Part shown: positions 21,008-30,439 of the stretch, piece by piece
How the letters are laid out: each line of letters opens with the position of its first letter
Numbering within the stretch: the first letter of the stretch is position 1
Origin: Reinekea blandensis MED297
GTDB lineage: Bacteria > Pseudomonadota > Gammaproteobacteria > Pseudomonadales > Natronospirillaceae
Direction: 5' to 3'
DNA: 46,775 nt
NCBI RefSeq assembly: GCF_000153185.1
Contig: NZ_CH724155.1
Coordinates: 29,678-76,452 of the forward strand
Made by a program: the position numbers and the translations under genes
Notes under the pieces: generated by a model
What the model was told of the DNA's origin: nothing
The model's input: the letters and a program-made list of their open reading frames with translations, nothing else
The model's database searches: none

Positions 21008-21151
21008 TTCTACTCCTTAGCGCGTTAACGTGTTTCAACGACTATTGTCGATTAAGGTTCAGGAGGCCAACGCGATTACTCGGAGGCCTCCCCGGTGTTG
21101 AACCAAACGCCGGACTGACTGAACATCTGGCTTGCTGTGTTGACTCAGGTG

Positions 21152-24100
21152 CTAGCCTTTAGCATCAAAGGATCTGGACGAACCCTCCGTTGACATCTGC
21201 TTCGACAACTCACGAATGTCTTTCTGAATCGCGGTCATCCGATCCAGATTTTTCAGATCGATATTGATCTTGCCATCCATGATTTTTGCCAGTGGCACCA
21301 GGCTGTTCTCAAAGGTATCGGCCAGCGTACTCAACAACTTGTCGATACCGGGAACGGGCTGATTGACCACCTGAACCGGTGGCGCTTCGAACCGAAGATT
21401 GCCGAGCGCCTGTTCTAACGAGGCCAATGAGGACTGTAACGTACTTGCCGTTTGATTCTGACCAGCTTGCTGCAATAACCCTCCGACCTGCTGAATGGCG
21501 CCAACCATATCCATCAGTTGCGATACGACTTTCTGACCGGTGTCGGCATCGTCTCCGCCCAACGCTTTGGCACGCCGAAAGTCCGCCAGGATTTCCTGCC
21601 AGCGCTGCTCGGCGCGTTCGTCTGCGGTGCCTCGTAACTGAGCCAGCTTCATCAGGTTTTCTTCAGTGCCCTGCGTCAGCAACTGCGCCTCACCCTGATA
21701 GTGATCGTCCACCAGCCGGACCAGTTCACTGTCGGTCATGACCGAACTGATTTTTTCCGCCATCTTGTTCATGTTGCGATAGCTGCCCTGCAACTTGAAG
21801 GGTGGCTCCGTTCGGTATTTGTCGGCCGTTGCCGCAGAGGCGATGTACGCCTGATTGACCTTCAGCACAATCGACTGGATCGTCTTCATGTGTTTCAGTA
21901 CCGCCAGGATTTCCTGCAGCTCAGCCGCGTTATAGGTGTGAGACAGCTCATTGCTGTTCACCTGTCCGCGTTGAGCCATGTCGACCAATTTGTACAGATC
22001 GGCCATCTCCCGTGTCGCCAAGGGCGCCAAGACCGAGTTAGACGTCAGGGAGTTTTCCAGATAGCTGAGCGCGAAGACGTCATCTTTACCCGAGAGCACA
22101 TCGCCGAGGTTATAGATGTCTGCCCGGTTCGCCAGCATGTCCGGAATCTGGAACAGCTCGCCACTTTCCGTGTACGGGTTACCCGCCATGACCACGCTGA
22201 ATTTTTTGCCGCGCATGTCGTAGGTTTTGCTTTGCCCTTGCCAAACGCCTTCAATGCGACGCGTACCGTCACACAGGGAAATGAACTTCTGCAAAAACTC
22301 CGGATGCGTGTGCTGAATATCATCAAGATACAGCATGACATTGCTGCCCATTTCCAACGCCAGGTTCAGCTTTTCCAGCTCCTGACGGGCCGCGCTGTGG
22401 GTCGCAGCCCCTGGATCAATCGACGTGATGTCATGGCCGATGGCCGGACAATTGATCTTCATGAACACCAGTCCAAGCCGGTTCGCCACGTACTCCATCA
22501 AGGTGGTTTTACCGTAGCCCGGAGGCGAGATCATCAGCAGCAAACCCATCAGGTCGGTACGTTTGCTGTCACCCACGGTACCCATCTGTTTCGCAAGGTT
22601 GTCACCAATCAACGGCAGGTAGACGTCGCTGATCAACTTGTTACGAACAAAAGATGACAACGGCTTGGCCTTGAACTGATCGAGCCGGAACTCTGAACGG
22701 TACTGTTCCACCAATCGGTTTCGAACGCTCTGCAAGCGCTGCCAGTCGGGCAAGACCCGGGTATGGTGGTCCTGAAGGCGCGCCAGAAAATCATCCAACA
22801 CCAGATCCAGCCCACCGTCGTTTAACCGCTTGTGCTGTCCGTATAGGGGTTCAACACGCATCAGCAGATCCGCCTCCAGATCCCTCAGACTCACCCGAGG
22901 TTCACACAGCAGTAAAGCCCCCGCTTCCATCACAAAGGGCCTCAGAGCAGCGGGGTCTTCCTGTTGGTTCACATAGGCAGACAGCCAGCGCTCGACATGC
23001 GCCCATCGTTGACCGATGGACATGTCAGTCTGTTCCAGAATCTGGTTAAACGACTCGAGCGCATTAGCCTGATCAAGGTGCGACTGAAACGCCGTCAATA
23101 ACTCGCGGGCGTATTTACTGATGGCAAACGCCAACGGCTCGCGCGACAGTTCGGTCAACAAATAGTCCGCGGCTACTGCCGCTTGTGCCGGCGTCAACGG
23201 GAGCTGCTCGGCATCAGCAAACGCCGTCAGCCTTTCCGTAACAGTTGTCTGCAATGCCTTCCAGGCGGCATGACTGTTCAACAGGGAACGTTGCGATGCC
23301 GCACTGCGGGCTTCCAGCGCCCAGTGGGCTTTCTCTGCCTGATGCACCGACCAGAACAAAACCGCCATGGCCCGAACCCGTCCTTCGAAACGGAAAACAT
23401 CGGCCGCCTGATAGGTTGGTATCAACTGACACAGAATGGCCGCTGCATCGTGATCGTGAATGCCTTTTTCATAGCCTTCGCGGTATCGGGTTGCGGCATA
23501 GGGGCGAACCAACGCCAACATGTCTTCAACATCGGTCGACGCCAGTGCCAAAGCATCCAGAGACAAAGCCTCGCGATCGTAACGTGCATCTTCCAACATC
23601 TGATACGCCAGATACTCGGCCCGATACACCTCGTCGGTTTCCGACGGCAGCGCCTGCTCCCAATAGGGCTTCAGGCTGTCCAGCTCGTCATCGTTCACCG
23701 GTTCGTAATAGTCGGTACCGGTCAAATGCAAGGTTTGCACACCATCGCGAACCAATAGCGTCAGATCCAGAGTCTGGGTGTTCACACTGAACTTGTGTTT
23801 GCCCAGTCGAATCACCTGACCGTCGCCTTCGTACAGGTCGGCCTGATCTCGCAACACCCGGATCGCCTGATCTTTCAGTCCTTTCAGGCGGGCATCCAGA
23901 TCGTCGGCCCGAACTACGTCGTCAAGCTCGCGCAACTCGGAAGACAGCCCACGGATTTTCTGCACCAACGCATCTGAGGCAAAGAAGGTGTTCAGCTGAT
24001 CAACATCGCGGAAACTGTTGCAGCGACGTTGAATGCTGCTGAGTATGCGCTCAGCCGCCGAGAACAGGTTTTGCGCCCGACGTTGCAGCGCGGACTGCAG

Positions 24101-26383
24101 TGATTGCTTATGGCTTTCAAACGCTTCGTAAATTTCTTCCCGTTTACTGATGATGTCAGTCAGGAACTGATCGTAGTCGCTGAACTGGCTTTCCAGCTCT
24201 TCGAGCTGAACCAGCAGACGCGCGAGCTGTTCATCGCATTTTTCCGGCGTGTTCGCCATGCCCAGCGCGTTGTTCACGCTCTGGCCCAGCAACTTAAACC
24301 GAGCACCAAACTGCGCGACCGCTTCACTGGACCCCATGCTGTTCTTCTGCTGTTCCAGCTTCGCTTTTTGCTGATTCAACTGACCGTATACACCGGAAAT
24401 CGATTCAACGATCTGCGTTTGTACCGTCGGATCCGTCACTTCTAAGGTCGCCACCAGTTCCGACAACAGATCCAGACTGTTCGATTGCGTTTCAAGTGTT
24501 TCCAGTAAGGGCGCCAGTTCTGCCACGGTCGTGCAGTCTTTGGCGTGTGACTGTACTTGAGTAATGTCATCCCGGTACGGCTCGAACGCATTATCCTGCG
24601 ACAGGAACGCGAGCGTTCGTTGGTTCAAATCACGTTCGAGCTCTGCTAACTCTCCGTCCAATGCATCGAGCCGCTCGGTTTGCATGTAGCGGTAGTCACG
24701 CAACGTCAGCAAATGACCGCGTTGCTCACGAATGGACTGCAACCCGTCAACAAAGGGTTGCGGGCTGTTCCAGGTATCCGGTTTTAAATCAAACTTCAGT
24801 TTTTCAAGTGCACGCTCTGCATCCTTCAGCGCCTGCTCGGACTGCTGCCGGATCGCGGTAACTTTCTCAAACTCATCCAACACCTGCTCGGAGGTTTCAC
24901 CGATCTGTCGGATGATTGGGGTCAGTGCTGCCAGCTCATCAGATTCCAGCCAGAAGTAGCTGTCGAAAAGCCCGGCACAGTGTTTTGAGAGTTGATTAAA
25001 GTGCTCCGCACTGACATCGGTTGTACGCACGGCTCGCACCACGCTGTACAGATCGGAGACGCCTCGAACGAGCTCCGCGTTGCCAATCCGACCAAAGAAG
25101 GTTGACGGTGCCGGTTGCTGACTGACGTATTCATCCGACTGATAAGGCGTTTTCCAGATCTGTAGCGGATGCACCCGCGTCGGTTCCGCCTCGGCGTAAA
25201 ACAGCGCCAGCCGACCGTCATCAAACAACCCGTAACCATGACCGAACAACGGGTTCTGCATGGTTTTGCTGATCAGGTTATAGCCGAACAGACCGACCTT
25301 CCCGGCTTCGGGTTCGTAAAACACATACAGAACGTCTTCACCATTCGGCGAGCGCACCACCCGCTTAAAGCGCATGCCTACCGTATCGTCATCGAAAGAC
25401 TTCAGATCGCCGGTACTGAGGTAATACCCGCCGGGAAACACGATGCCGTGATCTTCAGGTAACTGCACACAGGACTGACCGATGAGATCAATTCGCACCA
25501 CACGCTCGAGTGTTTTATTGAATACCAGATAACGGGTGGTCTCTTCCCGATACGGCAATATTCGCAGAAGAATCAGTTGGCCAAGATCCGCATAGGCCAG
25601 CTGGCAATCATCCAGTGTCTGGCTTTCCACCTCAACCGGTTCACTGTAAATACCCAGTCCGCTGTCGGTGTTGTTCTCAACCTTGATAGTCAAATCACCG
25701 CGCTGGCAGTCGACAAACAGTGTATCGAGTACGCTGTAATGCGGATGCCGGCCTTCGACGATGTCGTCGCGACCGCACTCGGTCCATTCAAAGTCAAACC
25801 GCGGCGGCAAGGCAATGTCCCGCTCGCCCCGATTGTCGATGTACTCGGTAACATTACCCTGCGCATCCAGAGACCAGCGAAACACGCGCTGATCACTTAA
25901 CCGGTCACCAATCTGAAACGCCGCCAACAGTTTATTGTCTTTCACCGTCAGCTGAATCAGGTGCGTCTGTTTGTAATAGGCGTAGAGTTCTTCAAACTCG
26001 GTCACGAAGCGCTGATCACTCAGGAAGGTACCGCTGAGGGCAACCTCTTCCACCTCAAACTGGCCGTCCCGTTCAACGGGTCGGAACAGTGCAAACACAT
26101 CGTTGACGCGTGTGGTTTTACGCAGCCCGATGTTGACGTTGTAACCCAGCAGAATCCACTCACCGACGCGAACCAGGTCGCGTGCAATGCTGTTGTTTTC
26201 CGTGCGCAGCCGAACGCGACCGGCCACTTCCATGTCAGTACTGCCGAACTCAGCCTGACGGGCATCATTGAGTTGTTGTGTCTGTTGCTCAAGCGCCCGG
26301 CCCTGTTCCATCAACCGGTTGTGCAGGACCTCGTAGGCTCCGCCTTGCGCGACGGCCTGATCGATGTCGTGAGAATCGCTCAT
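21152..26383 (-). CDS. Giant (1743 aa) protein with a C-terminal AAA_5 (MoxR/McrB/dynein-like) ATPase domain, function unknown
   Basis: One uninterrupted 5.2-kb ORF. Walker A ISPPGYGKTTLMEY near aa 1285, Walker B MLYLDDIQ, sensor-1-like VVMAGNP and the arginine-containing LANRADIY. The N-terminal 450 aa is a mixed beta-rich region. About 800 aa of predicted helical/coiled-coil sequence sits in the middle, and an about 300-aa helical tail follows the ATPase. Confidence 0.8.
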   Translation of the reverse strand: MSDSHDIDQAVAQGGAYEVLHNRLMEQGRALEQQTQQLNDARQAEFGSTDMEVAGRVRLRTENNSIARDLVRVGEWILLGYNVNIGLRKTTRVNDVFALFRPVERDGQFEVEEVALSGTFLSDQRFVTEFEELYAYYKQTHLIQLTVKDNKLLAAFQIGDRLSDQRVFRWSLDAQGNVTEYIDNRGERDIALPPRFDFEWTECGRDDIVEGRHPHYSVLDTLFVDCQRGDLTIKVENNTDSGLGIYSEPVEVESQTLDDCQLAYADLGQLILLRILPYREETTRYLVFNKTLERVVRIDLIGQSCVQLPEDHGIVFPGGYYLSTGDLKSFDDDTVGMRFKRVVRSPNGEDVLYVFYEPEAGKVGLFGYNLISKTMQNPLFGHGYGLFDDGRLALFYAEAEPTRVHPLQIWKTPYQSDEYVSQQPAPSTFFGRIGNAELVRGVSDLYSVVRAVRTTDVSAEHFNQLSKHCAGLFDSYFWLESDELAALTPIIRQIGETSEQVLDEFEKVTAIRQQSEQALKDAERALEKLKFDLKPDTWNSPQPFVDGLQSIREQRGHLLTLRDYRYMQTERLDALDGELAELERDLNQRTLAFLSQDNAFEPYRDDITQVQSHAKDCTTVAELAPLLETLETQSNSLDLLSELVATLEVTDPTVQTQIVESISGVYGQLNQQKAKLEQQKNSMGSSEAVAQFGARFKLLGQSVNNALGMANTPEKCDEQLARLLVQLEELESQFSDYDQFLTDIISKREEIYEAFESHKQSLQSALQRRAQNLFSAAERILSSIQRRCNSFRDVDQLNTFFASDALVQKIRGLSSELRELDDVVRADDLDARLKGLKDQAIRVLRDQADLYEGDGQVIRLGKHKFSVNTQTLDLTLLVRDGVQTLHLTGTDYYEPVNDDELDSLKPYWEQALPSETDEVYRAEYLAYQMLEDARYDREALSLDALALASTDVEDMLALVRPYAATRYREGYEKGIHDHDAAAILCQLIPTYQAADVFRFEGRVRAMAVLFWSVHQAEKAHWALEARSAASQRSLLNSHAAWKALQTTVTERLTAFADAEQLPLTPAQAAVAADYLLTELSREPLAFAISKYARELLTAFQSHLDQANALESFNQILEQTDMSIGQRWAHVERWLSAYVNQQEDPAALRPFVMEAGALLLCEPRVSLRDLEADLLMRVEPLYGQHKRLNDGGLDLVLDDFLARLQDHHTRVLPDWQRLQSVRNRLVEQYRSEFRLDQFKAKPLSSFVRNKLISDVYLPLIGDNLAKQMGTVGDSKRTDLMGLLLMISPPGYGKTTLMEYVANRLGLVFMKINCPAIGHDITSIDPGAATHSAARQELEKLNLALEMGSNVMLYLDDIQHTHPEFLQKFISLCDGTRRIEGVWQGQSKTYDMRGKKFSVVMAGNPYTESGELFQIPDMLANRADIYNLGDVLSGKDDVFALSYLENSLTSNSVLAPLATREMADLYKLVDMAQRGQVNSNELSHTYNAAELQEILAVLKHMKTIQSIVLKVNQAYIASAATADKYRTEPPFKLQGSYRNMNKMAEKISSVMTDSELVRLVDDHYQGEAQLLTQGTEENLMKLAQLRGTADERAEQRWQEILADFRRAKALGGDDADTGQKVVSQLMDMVGAIQQVGGLLQQAGQNQTASTLQSSLASLEQALGNLRFEAPPVQVVNQPVPGIDKLLSTLADTFENSLVPLAKIMDGKINIDLKNLDRMTAIQKDIRELSKQMSTEGSSRSFDAKG

Positions 26384-26490
26384 CTGTTTTCCTTGCAGAA
26401 CGACAGCGACCTGCCTGACGACAGGCGCTGTTTGAATCCGTGAAACCCAGCTCGGTTCAAATGATAAGCCGGGTGTCTGTCAGCCGGGAC

Positions 26491-28482
26491 TTAGTTAACC
26501 TTGTCGGCTGGGGCTGGTGTCTTACCGGCCGTCATGAAACGCTGCATGATCTGTTGCAACATCGGACTTTCGGTTAACAGACCATCGATGGCTTTGCCCA
26601 TGCCCATGCCGGAGGCCATCTTGTTGAAGTAGTCGCCATCGCCACCGATGATATCGATGTTGGAGTTCTCGAAGGCCGAGGCCATGATGCTGGCCTGATC
26701 TTTGGAGATCTCTTTGTTGGCGTCCAGTTTCGCCTGAACTTCTGTCAGTGCGGCTTCAAGGCGCATCTTGAACTCTTCAAACTCACGCGCTTCGGTGCTC
26801 ATGTTGTTCATGGCATTGAACTTCGCCGTCAGACCATCGGCCTCGGCATTGGCACGCTCACGGATAACCGCTGAATCGGCCAGACCTTTTTCACGGCTCG
26901 CTTCGGCTTCCGCCAGGCCTTTCTGACGGCTGGCTTCTGCTTCCGCCAGACCCTGCTCACGCAGCCCGTTGGCTTCGGCATTGAGGCGCTCTTCCAGTAC
27001 TTTGGCCTGCATGAGCCCTTCTTTCTCGCGGGCAATGGCCTGGGCTTCGATGACACGCGCTTCGGCCTGACCTTCTTTCTCCAGCGCCTCGGCTTTCGCC
27101 GCCTGCACCTTGGCGGCCGCCAAACCAGAGGCCGCGTGCGTAGCCTGGTCGCCCTCGGCTTTCTTCTTTGCTGCTTCGGCTTGCTTGCTGGACGCTTCCA
27201 GTTCGGCCTGAGCCATCAGCTGAATTTCTTTGGCTTTGTGAACCGCCTGCTGTTCTTCGGCTTCGGCCGCTTTCACCTGCTTGATCTTTTCTTCTTCGGA
27301 GGTCGCTTCCGCTTCCATGATGCGAACCTGTTTCAGACGATCCGCCTCAGAAATTTCCCGCACCTCTTTAATGCGTTCTTCTTCTTCGGCGACCTTCTTC
27401 TCAACAGCGATGCGTTCAGACACGGTGTTGGCAATGATCTTACGCTCTTCTTCCAGGGCCTTTTCTTTGTCGATCCGTTGCAGTTCAACTTCACGTTCGC
27501 GGTTCACCGCTTCCAGTTCGCGCGCCTTAACGACCTTCTCTTCTTCGATCGCCAGGGCTCGTTCCTTGGCTTTATTGGCAATCTCAACCTGACGGTTTTT
27601 GTTGACATCCTGTACTGCAATTTCTTCTTCGGTACGGATGCGGGCTTCTTCCGACTTCAGTCGTTCTTCCTGCTGAACCTTCAGTGTTTCGGCTTCTTCC
27701 CGGGCTTTCAGCGTTTCCACTTCGCGCTTCTGACGGGCCACCGCATCGGCTTCCTGGCGTTCCAGTGCCAATAGGGCTTCACGCGTTTCAACATTCTTCT
27801 TGTTGATCGCCAGCGCCTGATCTTTTTCCAGACGGTTCGTCTCAATGCTTTGTGTGGCCGTCACTTCCGTGATGCGACGGATACCCTCCGAATCGAGAAT
27901 GTTGAACGGGTCGAGTTCTGACTTTGGTGTCTGTTCCAGGTAATCGATGGCAACGTCTTCGAGGACATAGCCGTTCAGATCCTGCCCGATCACTTCGATG
28001 ATCTGTTCACGGAACTGAATCCGGTTTTCGAACAGTTCCAGGAAGTTCATTTTTTTACCGACGGTCTTCAATGCTTCAGAGAACTTGGCATTGAACAGCT
28101 CGTTAACGGCTTCGCGATCAGACGCTCGATCTACGCCGATGGCCTTCGCCACCTTGAGCACGTCGTCCTGGGTTTCATTGACGCGCAAATAGAAAGCCAC
28201 GTTGATATCGGCCCGCAGATTATCTTTACAGATCAACCCGTCCTTGGCCCGCCGATCCAGCTCCAGGGTGATCAGCGAGATCTTCATGACTTCCATTTTG
28301 TGAACAACCGGCAACACAAACCCACCGGTGAAAAACACCTTCGGTTTGGCGGACATGTCGTTCACGATCATCGCATAACCCTGCGGGATCTTTTTATAGA
28401 ACGCATTAAACAGCAGGGCTAAAAACAGCAGTACGCCGAAGATAACACCGCCCCAGATTAAGATGGGCATGATCAGTTCCAT
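26491..28482 (-). CDS. Flotillin-like SPFH/Band-7 protein (YqiK-like) with an extended Glu/Ala/Lys-rich coiled coil
   Basis: N-terminal TM (ILIWGGVIFGVLLFLALLF), an SPFH domain, then about 350 aa of EA-rich coiled coil with internal 11-aa repeats (GLAEAEASRQKGLAEAEASREKGLAD). AAGGAG RBS 8 nt upstream. Confidence 0.85.
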   Translation of the reverse strand: MELIMPILIWGGVIFGVLLFLALLFNAFYKKIPQGYAMIVNDMSAKPKVFFTGGFVLPVVHKMEVMKISLITLELDRRAKDGLICKDNLRADINVAFYLRVNETQDDVLKVAKAIGVDRASDREAVNELFNAKFSEALKTVGKKMNFLELFENRIQFREQIIEVIGQDLNGYVLEDVAIDYLEQTPKSELDPFNILDSEGIRRITEVTATQSIETNRLEKDQALAINKKNVETREALLALERQEADAVARQKREVETLKAREEAETLKVQQEERLKSEEARIRTEEEIAVQDVNKNRQVEIANKAKERALAIEEEKVVKARELEAVNREREVELQRIDKEKALEEERKIIANTVSERIAVEKKVAEEEERIKEVREISEADRLKQVRIMEAEATSEEEKIKQVKAAEAEEQQAVHKAKEIQLMAQAELEASSKQAEAAKKKAEGDQATHAASGLAAAKVQAAKAEALEKEGQAEARVIEAQAIAREKEGLMQAKVLEERLNAEANGLREQGLAEAEASRQKGLAEAEASREKGLADSAVIRERANAEADGLTAKFNAMNNMSTEAREFEEFKMRLEAALTEVQAKLDANKEISKDQASIMASAFENSNIDIIGGDGDYFNKMASGMGMGKAIDGLLTESPMLQQIMQRFMTAGKTPAPADKVN
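26881..26979 (-). repeat. 3 x 33-bp imperfect in-frame tandem repeat inside the flotillin coiled-coil region
   Basis: Units cagacctttttcacggctcgcttcggcttccgc, caggcctttctgacggctggcttctgcttccgc and cagaccctgctcacgcagcccgttggcttcggc. They encode LAEAEASRxKG repeats. Confidence 0.6.
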
Positions 28483-28530
28483 TTCTGTGTGCTCCTTTGC
28501 TTAGAAATGCTCAGTACGAGTCGTCGTGGT

Positions 28531-29157
28531 TTAGTGTGTTTGTGCGAGCTGAAAACAGCCCTGCTCGGGAATGAATCGCACGATGGTGACCTCATCACCG
28601 GATTTATAACCGAGGTGCGCCGGTGCCCGAACCTGAATGATCAGACTGGCGCCTTCGTAGTTAAAATGGGCCTCGCCGAAGGTTTCATCGACGCGGCTTG
28701 AACGGATGGTGCAGTTTTTTCCAATGGCATAGCGACCAAGAACCTGTCGTTGTGCTTTGCCGAAGAGTTTGCGTAAGGGACGGATGGTGATCGCGGTGCA
28801 GGGAATGGCCACCACAAACGCCCCTAGCGAAATGACGGTACCAATCAGCCAACTCATCAGCCCCGCCTCGGACGGCATCACCAGGTAAGCGGCAAAGTAA
28901 CTGGCTAACCAGGCGTAAAGCGCCAGCAACGTCAGGATCACCGGAACCGGGACGCCTGTCAGACCAAAGGTTGAGAGCCAGCCGGCAACACCGGGCAGCT
29001 CCGCATCGGCATCGACATCGAGGTCGACATCCACGCCCGGTATGTCAAAGTCGGCCATGCCAAGCATGGCGATGACCAGGAACAGCAGGCAGATGAGTAA
29101 AGCCGTGGTCCAGATCGCCGTCGGGAACGACAGGCTGATGTGTAAAAAAGTGTCCAT
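28531..29157 (-). CDS. YqiJ/NfeD-like membrane protein (flotillin partner, C-terminal OB-fold)
   Basis: Multi-TM N-terminal half and a C-terminal soluble beta domain, the same architecture as E. coli YqiJ. Immediately upstream of the flotillin gene, as in the yqiJK pair. Confidence 0.7.
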   Translation of the reverse strand: MDTFLHISLSFPTAIWTTALLICLLFLVIAMLGMADFDIPGVDVDLDVDADAELPGVAGWLSTFGLTGVPVPVILTLLALYAWLASYFAAYLVMPSEAGLMSWLIGTVISLGAFVVAIPCTAITIRPLRKLFGKAQRQVLGRYAIGKNCTIRSSRVDETFGEAHFNYEGASLIIQVRAPAHLGYKSGDEVTIVRFIPEQGCFQLAQTH

Positions 29158-29158
29158 G

Positions 29159-29488
29159 TTACTCCTCAGCAGACGAGGTTTGACTCCATTGCAGCAACTC
29201 CTGCGCTGCGCGTTCTTTAATCGCTAAGTGATCCGCCGGATCAATGCCATAGCGTTCTGCCAGCAAAGCCATTTCATCGGCGGACAGGCTGATGGTCAGA
29301 CGCGGCCGAACCGGTTTTTTCACCGGTAACCCGAGAATACTGCGAATCTGATCCGACGGTGTGCGATCGGCTTTAATCGCTGATGTCTTGATCCGGCGCT
29401 GTGCGTCGGTCGAGATATCAAAGGCGATCTGCACCGCTTTTATCGCGCGTCGTTCGTCCGGCCAGTAGTCCTCGGGTTGCTTTGCCAT
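29159..29488 (-). CDS. Hypothetical protein
   Basis: 109-aa ORF tightly packed (2-bp gap) before the YqiJ-like gene. No recognised domain. Confidence 0.4.
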   Translation of the reverse strand: MAKQPEDYWPDERRAIKAVQIAFDISTDAQRRIKTSAIKADRTPSDQIRSILGLPVKKPVRPRLTISLSADEMALLAERYGIDPADHLAIKERAAQELLQWSQTSSAEE

Positions 29489-29495
29489 GGCGGCC

Positions 29496-29735
29496 TCAGG
29501 CGTTATTCAGATAAGACTGCAGTTCGGTAATCTTACGGCCCAGTTCGGCGTCGATTTCTTCCGGGCGGACCCGATCCAGAATGTTGCCGAGAACGCGTCG
29601 TTCGTTGTCATCAATCTCACCATCACGCAGGGCAATGTTGATCAGTTCGTCAAACTCAGCGGCGTCCAGTTTACCGTCGTCGGTAAACGCCTGAATGGAG
29701 CGAAACGACAGTTCCAGATAATCACGGTTTTCCAT
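29496..29735 (-). CDS. Hypothetical small protein, TerB-like motifs
   Basis: 79 aa, acidic, with two xDGxxDxxExxxL-type motifs (TDDGKLDAAEFDELI and RDGEIDDNERRVL) reminiscent of the TerB/DjlA-N family. Confidence 0.4.
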   Translation of the reverse strand: MENRDYLELSFRSIQAFTDDGKLDAAEFDELINIALRDGEIDDNERRVLGNILDRVRPEEIDAELGRKITELQSYLNNA

Positions 29736-30426
29736 GGTTGGTTTCCTTTTTCAGTTGGGCCAGTATGGCGTCCGGACTGTCGTCATCCCAGACGATGCCG
29801 GCTTGTTGGTATTGCAGTTTGGTGTCCTGTGACTGCTGCAGGTCGGTCTCGGCCTGCCATTGATCCTGAGCGCGCTGCTGCCGTGCGCGTATGCGCTCGA
29901 CTGAGGCGCGTGCATTGGTCAGTGATTCGGTCCCCTCGGCCAGATGATCACGCAAAGCGAGAGTGGTCTGATGCATGGTTTGGCTGGTCGTCAGCATGTC
30001 TCGTTCCCGGAGCAGTTCGCCGAGATCGCTCTGCGCGCGATTCAACTGATAACGGGCACGGGCGGTCTGCGCGGAAACTTCACTCAACTCTGTTTGCAGC
30101 GATTGCATTTGGTGACGACATTCTGATATCTGCTGCGCATGTACCGCCGCCTGAGTTTCCTGACCGGCCTGCAGAGCCGAACGGGCCTGTGTTTGCAAGT
30201 GCTGCTGTTCACGTTCCAACTTGTCGAGTCGTTGTACCAGGCTCTGTTCGGTCGACTCCATGGTTCGAAACGCGGTTTCCGCCTGCGACAGAATCGATTG
30301 AGATCGGGCAATGGAAGCTTCCAGTCGGTGATCCTGTTGCTGATCGACCGTCTCGGGGACATCTCCAACCGCGCTCGATATTTCGACAACGCTGCGTTTT
30401 AACAGTGAGATCAGTTTACTGAGCAT
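29722..30426 (-). CDS. PspA/IM30 (ESCRT-III-like) family protein, YjfJ-like paralog
   Basis: Predicted all-helical coiled coil of the IM30 size class. N-terminus MLSKLISLLKRSVVEISSAV parallels the PspA MGIFSR..I.. amphipathic start. GAGGAGG RBS 8 nt upstream of the chosen ATG. It follows a YjfI-like gene as in the E. coli yjfIJ pair. Confidence 0.65.
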   Translation of the reverse strand: MLSKLISLLKRSVVEISSAVGDVPETVDQQQDHRLEASIARSQSILSQAETAFRTMESTEQSLVQRLDKLEREQQHLQTQARSALQAGQETQAAVHAQQISECRHQMQSLQTELSEVSAQTARARYQLNRAQSDLGELLRERDMLTTSQTMHQTTLALRDHLAEGTESLTNARASVERIRARQQRAQDQWQAETDLQQSQDTKLQYQQAGIVWDDDSPDAILAQLKKETNHGKP

Positions 30427-30439
30427 GGGTCCGTCCTCC

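Noticed and set aside
21060-21095. GGAGGCC...GGCCTCC inverted repeat after the giant ATPase gene considered as a terminator
   Set aside because: It has a 16-nt loop and no U-rich tract on the minus-strand transcript. That is not convincing, and the membrane-protein gene downstream may be co-transcribed.
21701-22657. 318-aa + strand ORF (and several others, e.g. 23183..23758, 23245..23790) lying inside the giant minus-strand gene
   Set aside because: They are antisense shadow ORFs, rich in Arg/His/Gln, with no RBS and a low-complexity character. The opposite strand has a continuous 5.2-kb ORF with clear ATPase motifs.
27136-27774. 212-aa + strand ORF with Phe/Leu/Gly-rich repetitive sequence inside the flotillin gene
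   Set aside because: It mirrors the Glu/Ala/Lys-rich coiled coil on the coding strand (GAA/GCC repeats read in reverse), so it is not an independent gene.
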